A stretch of DNA of 64,000 nt from Negaprion brevirostris (Eukaryota), in assembly GCA_030324005.1 (NCBI GenBank), contig JARDVH010000193.1, forward strand, positions 32,982,086-33,046,085. The letters run 5' to 3'. Shown piece by piece: positions 36,891-50,070 of the stretch (position 1 is the first letter of the stretch; the number at the start of each line of letters is the position of its first letter). Both the position numbers and the translations under genes were made by a program. The notes beneath the pieces are model-generated. The model did no database searches. It worked only from the letters and a program-made list of their open reading frames with translations, and was not told where the DNA came from.

Positions 36891-38339
36891 CACACTATTT
36901 TATCTTTACTTCCAAGTTAAATCCCACTTCAGAAATATTTTTGACTAATGAATTAGATATATTTAACAAACTGCCTGCACACTCATGTAGGTCCAGGTTC
37001 TCTCACCAGCAAGTATTCAGTTATGGGGTTAGTCAATACGTGGCATTAACAAATCAATGGACTGAAATTCCCAGCTCTCTGGAGATGGGCTCGCCTCTTC
37101 TTCCTGCAGACCCAGGGATAGCCACCTATATTGTCAGCACTTAGACACCTCTGATTAGCATTGCTGTCCTCAATTGGACAGTGGTCCTGGTGATGGCCTC
37201 TTAAGTGGCGACCACTGTTTAAACACAGCCCAGGGTCCTGACATCCCTCTGTGCAGGCTCAGGTCCCATGTTCAATCCCTGCAGCACGACAACCTGGACT
37301 TTGATCTAATTCGGACTAGCAACCCTGAATGTTGCTCTGAGCATTTTGGTGATTTACATTCGATGTACTGAATTCTAAAATTAATAATGGAATTGAAAGG
37401 TTTTTCTAACATTTACAAGAATCTTTTTTAAAAGCTTTGCAGTAATACAATGAAAAGAGAATATTTTGCATTGAATGACTTCCCTACCACTAACATAATG
37501 TTATTTGCAAAGCAATTGCAAATAGCAATATGTGGAGATTACAAAGTGAACCCAGGCCATTTGACTCAACCAATTGAATTAGTATTTACCTCAACATGAG
37601 AAATATTCTAATCACAGTGCCCACACTGTTCCCACATCCCTTCAGTTATTGCTGTGGATAAGGTTTTCAACTAAAAGAGGTGGCAAGGAGTCAAGTGGAG
37701 GGTGATTCAGAAATCTAAAAAGAAAAGTCGAGGCAATGTTGTAGCAATTCGGGTTAAAAATAAGTGAAGTGACAGGAAGGGACAGAGTTTAACAGTAATA
37801 ATGCACCTGCAAAACATCCAAGCAGAGAGTGACAGTTGTGAAAAAAGGATTAACATTCCTTTACCTGAATGCAGAAAGCAATTATAACGGGGTAAATGAA
37901 CCAGGGGAGCTCATTCTGGAGAGTGAAAGCTGGCATGGCTGCAGCTATCTGATTTAGCAGTGAAAATATGCTGCTTAGGAACTGAATCCAATGTCAGAAA
38001 AGAGTCAGTGATCGTCTTGCCTCTAATAAGATGAGTACAATGCCAGACACTGATGACAGACTTCTGGATATGCAACATGACACCAGATGTGTGAGCTTCT
38101 ATTTTTTGATGATGAAATAGATAGTGAAGGGGATCAAGTGTCTTTGGAAGGAGATGGTGAGACCTCAGGTCTGCATCACTCATTGGCGGTGAAAGTGGAT
38201 CTATTAGAGACTCTGTCTTCAATGGAAATGTTCTCACAGGCAACTCAAAGTCGATTCCAGACCATGACATCCTCCTGGGTTAAAAGAGCTCAGCAGAAAC
38301 CTGCTTTGATGAAAGGATGCCTGACATTGATGGCATCCC

Positions 38340-38885
38340 AAGTTGTGCACCAGACAGGGCACCTTTTATGTTTTGCATTGTCATCCTCTTCCTCTTCAAC
38401 CACTTGCTCCTTCTTTTCCTCAGATGAACTGTTTCATTTCAGGCCCTCACCCTCTTCAAAGTTGACACCTTGTGGCACAGTGGTTAGCACTGCTGCCTCA
38501 GTGCCAGGGACCCAGATTCAATTCTTGGCTTGAGTGGAGTCTGCATGTTCTCTCTGTGTTTGCATGGGTTTACTCCAGGTGCTCCAGTTTCCTTCCACAG
38601 TCCCAGAGACATGCTAGTTAGGTGCATTGGCCATGCTAAATTCTCCCTCAGTGTACCCAAACAGGTGCCAGAGTGTCGTGACTAGGGGATTTTCACAGTA
38701 GCTTCATCGCAATGTTAATTTAAGCCTATTTGTGACACTAATAAATAAGTAACTAAACCTCTCTGGCGGGCCATGTTATGTAGAGCACAGCAGAATACCA
38801 CAAGGCATGAGACATTTGCCGCAATGTAGAGCAGGGTGCCATATGAACAGTCCAGGCACTGGTACTGTACTTGCAGAAGCCCAAT
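38340..38885 (-). pseudogene. PIF/Harbinger DDE transposase C-terminal remnant, split by a SINE
   Basis: 38885-38761 translates to IGLLQVQYQCLDCSYGTLLYIAANVSCLVVFCCALHNMARQR, like Harbinger IGLLKxRFRCLD...ACCxLHN. Past the SINE it continues GVNFEEGEGLK* and an acidic tail. Confidence 0.82.
38471..38756 (+). mobile_element. V-SINE with a 4-bp TSD (acct) inserted into the Harbinger transposase
   Basis: A box gtggcacagtggttagc, V-domain, aataaataa tail; acct at 38467-38470 and 38757-38760. Confidence 0.85.
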
Positions 38886-40224
38886 TTCTAAAGACAGACA
38901 GAATGCATGGAGAATGAGGAGATGGCCGATTGTGTGATTGTCTTCAAAACAGGAGACAAAATTGAAGAACTGAAATAGAGCATAACCAAAGGGAAGGCAA
39001 GATTGAGGAACTTAAGGTAGTTAATATCAGCAAAGGAAAAGAGTAAAGTTTAAGAGACAAAAAAACAACAAATTCCAAGGCCTATATCCAAGAAGTCAAA
39101 TAGATAGCTGCACTGATAGTGGATGCACCAATTACAATGCCGTGAATGTAGGGAATGTTTTGGCTGAGCTTCTCTGACCTTAATACGAAGTGCATTAAAT
39201 AGAATACACGCTGAGCTGCCCATGCTAACACCTCCGTTAAAGACATAGCCTGGCACAAGTATGCTCTTATTGCCAATGGAGGATACAGATTCGCCTGGAA
39301 ATTTTGCTGTCACTATTGAGGAACATCTCTTCCTGATCTGCCATCATATATATGACTTTGTGTCATTATTTACACGATGCTCAGAATGGAAAATAGCACA
39401 TAGAAACAATAATGCCCCTTTGATCCACTCAGTGCTTTCCGTGACATGGTAGTCTCTGCACTTTTCTATATGGAATTCCACTTGTGGCCCTGGAGGAGGT
39501 GGAGGCAGCTTGCTCACGTGTTTCACTTTGCAGCTGAGATGCCTATAGTGGTGATTCTTATCAAGGAGGTGTCTGTGGGAGCACTTTCAGAGGTTGCTAC
39601 ACTTCCATCATCTCAGCCCTGCTGCACAATTGTTCCTTACGTTAGAAGGACAAGAAGGCTGAAGATGTTGATGGCAACCTCATCCTCTGTGGTGACATCC
39701 TCAACCCTTGCCTGGTACTCTGGATGGCTGGAGGGGGGAGTGATGCCATTGACTAGTGCATGCTTCCTGCCACATATGACTCATCCAAAGGTTGGTCATT
39801 CTCCCTATGGATGAGCTCATACTCAAAACAGTGACCCATGTTGAATCACATGAGCTGGATAGGCTCTTCCATCATCAGTCCCAATACCTTATACTACACC
39901 TGAGAACTTTGATATCCAGGATGATATCTCTGCTGTTGGTCTAGGGAGAGGCTCCTTTCCAACGGTATGTGCCAAGCTCAGCATGGCTACCTGTGTTTAT
40001 TCATCATCCTCTGAGGCTGTCCATTGAGTATACCTGCATTAGATGCTAGTGTGCTTGCAAGATGGAACAATGTTTCTTTGAAGCTTGGCCAGTTATCTTG
40101 GTTTGGTGGACATCTGCATTTGTGGGAGATAAAAGAAGAGATTATGAGAGTTAGCCTTGCAAAACAACTGTGCTGAGTTTTCACAATGTAATTCAATACT
40201 TGGCATGGTGTCAGATGGCATAGA

Positions 40225-40565
40225 GTGAAACCATAGAATCTCTGTAGTGCAAAAGGGGCCATTCAGCCCATTGAGTCTGCACTGATTCTCTGACAGAATA
40301 TCTTACACAGGCTGTATCCATTGTTATATCCCAGTAACACCACACCTTTCCCATGGTTAATCTATCTAACCTGCAGGGCAATTTAGCACAGCCAATTCAC
40401 CTAACCGGCACATCTTTGAAGTGTGGGAGGTAACTGGAGCACCCAGACGAAACCCCCGCAGACATGGGGAAAACAAGCAAACTCCACACAGGCAGTCACC
40501 CAAGCTCTGAATCGACCCCAGATCCCTGGCTCTATGAGGCAGCAGTGCTTACCACTGTGTCATTC
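40225..40565 (-). mobile_element. HE1-like V-SINE
   Basis: Homologous to 22510-22975. Confidence 0.8.
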
Positions 40566-40659
40566 CCTCAATGAACACATCGGTCTTTGTAATCACCATC
40601 TCTACAATGATTACCAATTTTAGAAGGACCAACCAACTTCTTTGTGGTCTGTGATCCTG

Positions 40660-41150
40660 GTTATTTCCATCACTTCTGCCTCCATTGGTGTGATGAGGTA
40701 AGGTCCCCTATACTTGTTTGAGCTCTCTCTTGGGCATTACGTGCCTATTTCTCCTGCAAGAACAGAAAGACGGAGATAAGGCATTGCTGTCTGTGTGGCC
40801 AATGGAAACTTATTCAATATCTTCATAGTAGTTCTGTAGCCTTGAGCCATTTTGTGGGTTTGTCAGTAGACTGTGCTCACACCGCCCATGTTGAGGAGCA
40901 ACATGCACCCTGAGGCTCATCAGCTTGGGTGCCTGCGTTAGGATGAATGCGCAAAGACTACAAATGATGGTTGGATATGGCATTCACCTTACAGAGCATA
41001 TCAGGTCATCAAAACTTTTCCAGCACTGGATCTAAATTCTTCTGACCAGTGCTACTGCCATTCATGCTTCTTTGGCCTGGTAGAGTGGTTTTCTCTTGCC
41101 ACCTCTTGGAATAGGACCACTGCCACCAGCATTGCCTGTAGGCTTGCTTC
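40660..41150 (-). pseudogene. Harbinger Myb/SANT-like DNA-binding gene remnant with a predicted intron (40754-40987)
   Basis: EASLQAML...KEA*MAVA...*IQCWKSFDDL, then a GT...AG gap, then EK*ARNAQERAQT. Resembles the WxQCRKKFNDL...EKxAHNxRE pattern of Harbinger Myb-like proteins. Confidence 0.72.
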
Positions 41151-41499
41151 TAAAAATCAAAGGACTGCCCTGCATTCCAAGTTTCAGACTCTCCTCAAAC
41201 ATTGTAGAAATGGAGGTTTTCTGTGATTCTTCACTGTACACATAGCAGTGAAATGGCAGTGTTATGAAAACCAAACTTATTGATAAGAACCGAGGTAGGG
41301 AACTTTAATTCCAGATGAGCCTTGGAGCTTTTGTAAATGCACAGATCAGTATTTTTACATTTTTTGAGCCTATTGCACCTGTGCCAGAAACAAAAAAGAT
41401 GCAAAAACCTGGTTCAAGTAACCAGGACCAGAGCAGCATGGAAAATTAGTGTTCCAGTAATAACAGGTCCCAAAGAGGGGATCAGGAAATGATTTCAGT

Positions 41500-42240
41500 T
41501 TGGTTAAAAAGGGAGGAAGCTGAGAAACAGGCTGCAAATAGGAAAAGAGCTATGGGTAACAGATTTTAAGTGAAACAAGCTTAAGGGAAACCCTGGTACT
41601 GGAACAGAGCTGAGAAAAATCTATGAAGATCCAAGAAAGTAGCCGAAGGTTGGTGACTAGGTGCTGTGGGCCATTGTCCAAAGATACCTCTTTCCAGGAG
41701 TGCTGTTCTTCTTGGAGTAGCTGAAGAGCAAAACTGTGTTTGTGACCTGATGCTTCAGTGCATATTGAAGTATCCAGGAATATGAGATTGAGGTTTGCTA
41801 TTGATGATGCCGTCTGAGCTGTGTTTTGAAGAGAAATTCCAAGGTTAAATCTTCAGAGGTGAAGTCTGGAATCTCTCATAGTTTATGCGATTCGTTGAAC
41901 TCTGTGTTACTGAAGTGGGTTGATGAGAAATCTGTGGACTCTGTCTTGGTTGCATCTGCCATTTATTGTATAATGTAGTATGTTTTACTAGAGTTTGCTT
42001 GTTAATTCACATGTACCTCATATTAATGCTGATTGTTAGAGGGTAAAATAGATATTGTAAATTGTTTCATCTTCATGAGCTTGTATAGTAAAGTTTATTT
42101 TTGTTCAAAACCCATGGAATCTTGTCGCTTTATTCACTGAACAAGTGTCTTAAAAGCTAGAAATCTGTCTACTTTAAACAACACTTCACTGGTAACTAAC
42201 CAGATTTTATTAACCTGGGGGCTGGCCTCACATCACCACA
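41500..42240 (+). mobile_element. LTR-like insert within CR1 remnants
   Basis: Interrupts CR1 endonuclease-like sequence (37850-37900, 41420-41500, 42240-42275); ends in aca; agtaaa signal near 42087. Confidence 0.35.
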
Positions 42241-44263
42241 GTAGCCACAGTAATGTCTGCTATGATGAGTTTAAATCAGGCCCAGAAGAGTTGGCCTGCC
42301 TCCATTCCTGCTATGAATTGCCTGCTAAACCCATCTCCATAGTAATAAACTGGTTAGCTGTGTGAAACCTTGGGCCCAATTCTGTTTCCTCTGTTTCCCA
42401 GCCACCGCCTTCCAGTGTTTTGTTTGCTGGAGCAGACGAGTGAAGGAGCAGAGAGACAGATAAGAAATTACCTGTTAAAAACCTGTTTAAATAAGTNNNN
42501 NNNNNNNNNNNNNNNNNNNNNNNNNNNNNNNNNNNNNNNNNNNNNNNNNNNNNNNNNNNNNNNNNNNNNNNNNNNNNNNNNNNNNNNNNNNNNNNNCCAT
42601 GATCTTATTGAATGGTGGGGCAGGCTCAAAGGGCTAGATGGCCTACTCCTGCTCCTACTTCTTATGTTCTTATCCCACCAGAGGTGACATTCTGACTAAA
42701 AATGAGCATGAACTTCCAATTCCGGTCTCAGGACAAAAATTCAACACTCGGAATCTGCTATTCATGAAGTCTTAACAGCACACTTAGCTATCATGCTATA
42801 ATCAGACAAAGTCAGCAAAAAGAAAATTGTGTTTGACAAGCTTATTTATTTTATTTGAGGACGTAACTATTAGAGTAGATAAAGGGGATCAGTGAATGTA
42901 GTATACTTGGATTTCCAAAAGACATTAGGTAACAGACTACAAAATATGTAATGAAACAAGATGAGTCCAACAATATGCACAGTGTTGTAATTGTGGCCTG
43001 ATTATACTTTTATGTAGACTCATCATTACCACTTGATTTGACTATCCTGCATTATAGATTGCCAACAAATCAGCCATGTGTGTGAAATTTTATATTTGGT
43101 TGTCCATTTTCTTGAATGTGAAGAGATCGACATTTTACAAGTGGAAGCCTACAAGGAACATTATAATATCATGTGTGCTGCAAGACACTAATAAAATCAT
43201 TCTTTGACAATAAGAAATCAGAGTGTGGTATAAATTTTGAGAGGCATCGCATTTGATAGTTGTGAATATATTATAGAAATTTTGCAAAATTATTTTAATC
43301 CGAGGAAAATTGTATTCTATGCCAGTGATTGATGAGGTTGTCATCTGCTTTATGTCAAACAGGTTTCAAATAGTACTTTGCAGAACATTTCCATTGTGGT
43401 TTACAAAAAACAGTGAGGATTTATTAAAGACATGTGTACATTTGGATTACAAACTCAGGAAAAAATGTCATTGACGAGTTTCAGGAGCTAGGTATTGCAG
43501 AGTCCATCAGGTAATTTGAAGGGGAGAAAGTTGTGCTATGTACTAAATCAGTGTAATGCTGGAAGGGAAATATAATTTATATAATTATTGGTTTTGTAAT
43601 TGCTTGTAAAACTGTAACCCTTATCTAACACCAAAATGGACAACAGTGAGCCAAACAATAAGTCAGCAATACTTTACTCTGTTTGAACAGGTAACTCTAA
43701 TAACAGTCAAAATATAGGTAATAATATGCCGATAAGTCTCTTTTTAAGTGTCCATTTTCTGTATCACTTCAATCTTATAGCCTAGTGCACCTAAAAATAA
43801 CAATGATGCATTTTAATTTTAAATTAAATAATGTTTTAATTAATTTGAAAAGATATTTGGAGTAACTTGTAAGCTATAATTCCGTCTTTGGATTCAGAAG
43901 CATTCACAGATAGCTTTCTGAACTAATGATTTGCTGCTTTGAGTACTGACTTCATCTGAATGTAACTGAATTACATCTTTGCTCAGCCCAGGATGTATTT
44001 ACAAAAAAATCTTTCCATTCATTTTAAATAAATACCATGTTGAATAAAAGCTTTAAATATGAATATTGCTTAATTTCCCCTTTTCAATATAATAAACCTC
44101 TCACCTGAAAAACCGTTTACTTCATCCTGTGGCTTGCTGTCAGAATACTAACTATGGTATAAAAATAGCTTGAAAGCCATGGACACATTGGAAACTTTCT
44201 TTTCTGCTGCTGCAGGGAAAATTTGTATTTTAAGAACAACAAGATGTAAAGTAGATTTGAGAG

Positions 44264-44628
44264 AGTAGTGTCCCTAGCATACAGCTTTATATAACATTGT
44301 GGTGCTCCAATTCAGTGATGCTCAAACTGGAGTCCATGGCCTCTTGGGACACTTCTTTGTAAAATCTAATTTACATTTCATTGTTCTTAAAATTCAAATG
44401 CTGTTTACCAATCTGCCAGTATTAAAATATCACTGACCTGCTTACTGCCTCATTTGCAGCCTTTCTGTCATTGGAACACCACCAGAAATGGGTTCATTTC
44501 ATTTTGTTGTATTTCTTAGACTCTCAGATAGTCTTTATTGACCACCAAGAGGCCATGGATTCCAGTTTGAGCTCCTCTAATTTGGAGCACCACAAAATTA
44601 TATAAAGCTGTATGCCAGGGACACTACT
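44264..44628. repeat. 84-bp inverted repeat with a 197-bp spacer (MITE or foldback-like)
   Basis: Arms 44264-44347 and 44545-44628 are complementary at 75 of 84 positions by manual alignment. Confidence 0.9.
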
Positions 44629-45649
44629 TTGGTGGAGAGTTACACTTGAAACATTGATAGTGTTCCCAATAGGAAGCTGTTGAGCCTTATTCAACACTAG
44701 GAAGTACAGAAAGGATATGTGGTGATGTACTTAAGAAGTATGTGGTTGAACCTATAAGGCTATCTTTCATTTGAAGAGAATTAAGTGTTTTCACATCATC
44801 AGTCACACGAATATTCAGTATATTGTACAACTTCGAGAAAATTTCAGGCTAGCCTATTTAACAGGATACTGATGAACTTTATATTTGGAAATGTACATGT
44901 GCAAGGAGTTTATTTTATAATTTAGATGGGACGATTATCAATCCAATAGAAAAGGGGTCTTTCAACAAACAATATTTGTGAATCCCTGCTTTAATTCTTC
45001 AGTTCTTCTCTATTTTGATTGTTTTTCTATTGTAGCTTATTGCTTCCTCACTGGATGTCCTAATGTTTTATGCTGTTGTGTTATGCAGCTCCATAATCCA
45101 GTTGATTCTGTGCATACGTAATTTTGCCCTCTGCATAATTAAACCAGGTCAAGTTCAGAATGCTGCTTGGCTTCTAATACTGATTCTCTGGCCTTGGCGC
45201 ATTAATCTCAGCAGTCACCTTCACTCTGTACAACATATAAAATGGTGGTTCCCTATCTACCAGTGCCCAGACTGCATTAAGATCATTTGACATTCCAAAA
45301 TACTTAGAATACTCTCTGTGGCTCCCAATGGCCAGCTGCACCCAATACCTCCCTAAACTTCAGAAAACCATCTGAGAGCAACTGCTTTGGTAAGAGCAGA
45401 CCTCAAGTTCTGCTCTTACCAAACTATCCAAGGCACCATTTTCCTTGAGGGTATTTGCTAGGTCCAGCTGCCTTCCTTGCCCTCCTCAAGTTATTTAAAT
45501 GAGAAGACTGCAGTTTTTCCTACACGTTACCTACTACAAGTGCTCCAACTCTCACCTCTCACCCTCTGCTGTTGGCGTTACACCAATCTAGAGACCCACT
45601 CCCTACTTCCTCTCTTCTAACTTCTCTTGTCTGCATATATTCCAAGAAT

Positions 45650-46040
45650 TTAATTACAAGGTTAGATTAGAAGGGCTGGGGTTGTTCTTCTCAAAGCAAC
45701 CAAATCCCTCAAGGGATTTGATAGAGGAATGCAAATTATGACAAGCTTGGGTATGGTAAAACAGCTGATGGTACAATAAGGGGTGCAGTTTTAAGATTTT
45801 GGGTATGAGATGCAACAGGAATGTGAAGAAGATCTTTGTATGCAGTGAGTGGCAATGACTTAGAACTCACGACCCAATGATGGTTGTGGCAGTGAAAACA
45901 ATCAATAATATCATAAGGAAATTGAATGGGCAACTACAGGGACTCTATAGCGAATTGAACTGATTGGGTTGCTCTGCCGGGAACCAGCATGAAGGTGATG
46001 GGCTAAATGGTCTCTTCTGTGCTGTAAATAACTCTGATTC
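45650..46040 (+). mobile_element. Old CR1-like 3' end, inserted in L2-like sequence
   Basis: ttagattagaagggctggggttgttc...gatttgatagag...gatgggctaaatggtctcttctgtgctgtaa. Confidence 0.6.
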
Positions 46041-47034
46041 TCATTCCTCTAACTCTGAGAAATTCATCTGTCCCCATCTCCAATCCAGATAAGCACCTCT
46101 AACCTAATACTTGTTTATTTGTATCTTGCTGCACATTCTTGAAAAAGGTGAGAGATAGAAATTATGTGTTCAAATCAAATTAAAGCACATATGAAAGAGT
46201 ATCGAGAAAATTATTGAAACATACTGTAAAAAAAGTACAGGAAAGCAGATGCTTATCGAAAAAGTACATAAAAGATTTAGAGACAAGTGACCGCAAAAGC
46301 CCCAACTTGCAAGTTCTGTCAGAGTCCGAGACAAAGGATAAAAAATCTGAAAAACAAAAGGGAAAGTCAGGGAGACACAAAAATTGGAGTGGGCAAAAAC
46401 GAGAGTGACAGCTACAGGAAGTTAAAAAAAAAACATTTTAGTTTATGAGCAATTCTACTCGAGATGAACCAGTCTTTTTAATGATTTTGTTTCAGCCATT
46501 CGCATCAGTTAGTCTTTGTAATGTACTTATCTTGGAGACACATTGTACTTTTATCATGTGCTGACATAATGTTCCTGCTTTTGCGGTGATGAAATAACAG
46601 TACTATCTTCAAAATAAATTTGTGAGGATATTTTCCCTTTTGGCAGAATGCCATAGAGTGTCAAATTCTTATGAGAGTGGAATATTTCAAGAAACTTATT
46701 CATAGAAGCCACTGGTTTAGAGAGATTGTTCTAAGTCAACAATTTTAAACTGTCACTGTAATTAACTTTATGTATTGTATGTATAATAATCATGAATTCT
46801 GTTATGGTCTATTGCTTCATTCTGATGCTTCATTATTTAATTAGTCAATAAAGATTCAAGTAATTTAATAACAACAACTTGCATGCAGATGTCTTTAATG
46901 TAGTGAAGTGTCTCAAATTGCACATAAACAATANNNNNNNNNNNNNNNNNNNNNNNNNNNNNNNNNNNNNNNNNNNNNNNNNNNNNNNNNNNNNNNNNNN
47001 NNNNNNNNNNNNNNNNNNNNNNNNNNNNNNNNNT

Positions 47035-47340
47035 CTGGTCTCATGGATGATATTTCTGCTTTTCCCTCATAGTGTCAACCCAGAACTAAGGGGCAGAGTT
47101 TCCCTCAGGGGGTCATTAGTGTTTGGAATTCTCTCCCTCGGCGGGCAGTGGAGGCTGGGCCATTGAATATATTTCAGGTTGACTTAGACATTTTTAATTG
47201 ACAAGCGAGTAAATGGTTCGGTGGGACAGACAGAAAAGTGGAGTTAAGGCCACAACAGAAGAGCTGTGATCTTATTGACTGGTGAAGCAGGCTTGAGAGG
47301 CCGGATGACTTACTCCTACCCCCATTTCTTACGTTCTTTC
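47035..47340 (+). mobile_element. CR1-like 3' end
   Basis: Homologous to other CR1 tails in the window. Confidence 0.65.
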
Positions 47341-47389
47341 AAATTAATAGGAGAAGTAGTGGGAATTTATGTAAATTCCAATGTGCAGT

Positions 47390-48125
47390 ATAAATGTAAA
47401 ATATTGCTGTAAAAAGATATATGCTGTCCAGGGTTTTTGTCTTGCCCCCATCAGCACAGATGCAAGAATTACAAACTTCCAAGGGAACAGTAATTTGTCC
47501 AGACGTTGTGCCTTTTTGGCCTAGAGGCACAGTGGTTGGGGCATAACAGTGGAACAATGGTTAACACTGCTGCCTCAAAGCGCCACGGACCAGGATTCAA
47601 TTCCTGGCTTGGTTTATTATCTATGCGGAGTCTGCATGTTCTCCCCATATCTGCATGGGCTTCCTCTGACTGCTCTGGTTTCCTCTCACGGTCTGAAAGT
47701 TGTGCTAGTTCGGTGCAATAGCCATGCTAAATTCTCCGTCAGTGTACCTGAAAAGGCGCTGGAATGTGGCAACTAGGGGATTTTCATTGTAACTTCATTA
47801 CCGTGTTAACGTAATCCTAGCTGTGACACTAATAAATAAACTTTACAATTGAACAAGAGCTTGGGGGCCACTGTTCCCTGGTGCACATCTCAATTAGTCA
47901 GACTTTCTGAATTTAACAAAAGCTTTGGGGTAACTGATCCCAGTGCATTCTTCATGGCAAGACTCAACCAATCAGTGTACACTTGCATCCTTTTTCTCAT
48001 GCAGTAAGAGATGATGTTCCCTTTGAAATTTGATATTCTTGTATCCATCTTGATGAGTGCAAGATAAGAAGCTTTGACAGCATGTCTCTTTTTTCAGCCA
48101 TACTCTCAGTTCCATACTACCAAGC
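47390..48125. mobile_element. Palindromic Penelope-like element with a V-SINE inserted at ~47535-47845
   Basis: Inverted arms at ~47390-47490 and ~48015-48125, each with a decayed hammerhead-like motif. Confidence 0.55.
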
Positions 48126-48522
48126 AACTAATAGTAAAGGAGATTAACTGTCAGTCCTGTCAATTGTTAATATGATAGATAATAATCTAAAATATAGTCC
48201 AGATAATAAATTGAGTTAAGGAAATTTGGAGAACTGAATTTGAAACTCTAAATTGTAATAGTTATCAGTGTTATGTTAATTTAAAACTGTATTAATAGAT
48301 TCTGTACAATTGGAATTAATCTGGTTAGTGGAATAACAGGTAAAAATAACAAAAAAATAACAGAAGATTAATTCACATCTTAGCTACACCACCACCTGAG
48401 AGAATCTTTAAAGAGAAGCTTGACTACTTTATATTTTGCATGTAAGTAAGTTTGTTTTTAAGTTTAGTGATATTAAGGAACTTTGCATATATTTAACCAT
48501 TATCCATTCCTTAACCCTACAG

Positions 48523-48681
48523 GCTTTGCTATTGTACCAAAGTACTATTATGTGCCGGCTGATTTTATTGAATTAGAAAGGGCAGCACCTGGCAGCCTAA
48601 AGCGTTTTCCTAGCAACTCTGGACGTGATGGAAATCTTTTCCTATGGGGACAGGCCTTGTATATAATTGCAAAGCTGCTTG
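48523..48681 (+). CDS. PHKB: PHKB internal exon (159 nt): (G)[14 protein letters not shown]...[15 protein letters not shown]
   Basis: Lies inside ORF 48483..48689; acceptor ctacag, donor gtaagt; phase 1/1; contains PHKB motifs [11 protein letters not shown] and [12 protein letters not shown]. Confidence 0.97.
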
Positions 48682-48884
48682 GTAAGTAAAATAATTTTAT
48701 TAGCTAAACCAATTAAATTAGAAGCCAGTAACAACTACTACGTGTATTTATATGGCTCCTTGAATGTAGAATTCGTATCCCAATGTGATTCACAGAATTA
48801 TAATGAAAAATTGACACAGTCAAAGCAGCAACAGAGATTAGAAAGGAGATTAAAAAGTCCAGTGCAAGACGAATATTGATAAGG

Positions 48885-49040
48885 AGGGTTAGATTGATTA
48901 GCCATGGTAAATGGCCCCTTAGTATCAGGGGATTAGCTGGGTAAATATGTGGGGATATGGGGATAAATCCTGAGTGGGATTGTTGTCAGTGTAGACTCAA
49001 TGGGCTGAATGGCCTCCTTCTGAACTGTAGGGATTCAGTG
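48885..49040 (+). mobile_element. HE1-like SINE 3' half
   Basis: gtgggattgttgtcagtgtagactcaatgggctgaatggcctccttctg tail. Confidence 0.75.
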
Positions 49041-49059
49041 ATTTCTCCTATAATGAAGA

Positions 49060-50070
49060 GGAGAGGAAGATAGAGGGGTTTGTGAGGGGAATTGAGAACA
49101 CTTGACCTTGGCAGCTAACAATACAGCTTCCATTAACGGGGCAAAAGAAGGGGGATAAACAAGAGGCAGAGAGAGAAGAATGGATAATATGACAGGAGTG
49201 TATTGATTTGGAGAACAACTTATTGATCCATAAGAGTTGTGTATGGGGAGAAAAGCTGCTGGGGTTAGGAAGGTTCAGTTTAGCCTGGTTCCTCAGAACA
49301 GGATTGCCCAACAGTACAGAGGATGGGTAGATTAAATTTACTACAGATTCCAAAGGCAGGTAAAAGACATTTTTTAAACAAATTAGAGAATAATCGTTCC
49401 AAGGCCATGCAGAGTTTTAAGCACAAGGAAAAGAATCTCAAATTTGAGATATCAGGGCATGTAGAGTTGGTATAAATCATCAAGAACAGGAGTGACAAGT
49501 GAACCAGACTTTGTACAGCTGGCAGAGTTTTGGATGAATTGATGTTCACAAAGAATGATGGATTGGAGGTCAAAAAGGAGAACAGCAGAATAACCAAGTC
49601 AAGAGGCAACAGAAGTATTGAGGTGGAGACAGACAACAGTAATATTACAATTGACTTTTGTGATCTTTGTGGTGGAGAGGATGTAGAGTTGAAAACTCAG
49701 CTCAAGAATGATGCTGATGCAAAGGTTGCAAACATTGCTGCTCAGACTGAGTGAGTCAATGCTAATGTAATGGAGTCAGTGGGGGCTGAAAGGAAAGGGA
49801 AAGGCTTTGATTTTTTTCTGGTGTTTAACTGGAGGAACTAGCAGCTGATCCAAAACTGAATGTTGGGCAGTCAGTCTGATAGAAGCAGTGAATGGTTTGA
49901 AAGAGGTCATGGAGAGATACAACCAGGATCAACACCACGTGGAACCTGATCCTATATTTTGGCTGATGTTACCAAGGGACAATAAGTGGAGGAGAAAGGA
50001 AAGAAAGAGGGATACATGGAGACTTCTGAGGTGATTTTTGTGGGATGGGAAGAGAAGTCTGCTCAACATA
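49060..50070 (-). mobile_element. Old L2-like LINE fragments
   Basis: Purine-rich plus strand with gcagagttttggatga and ggaggtcaa motifs typical of antisense L2 3' regions. Confidence 0.45.

Noticed and set aside
38087-38533. 148-aa plus-strand ORF
   Set aside because: Partly antisense to the Harbinger transposase remnant and ends in a SINE; no recognisable domain.
46214-46408. Lys-rich 64-aa ORF
   Set aside because: A-rich composition explains it; no recognisable homology or splice context.
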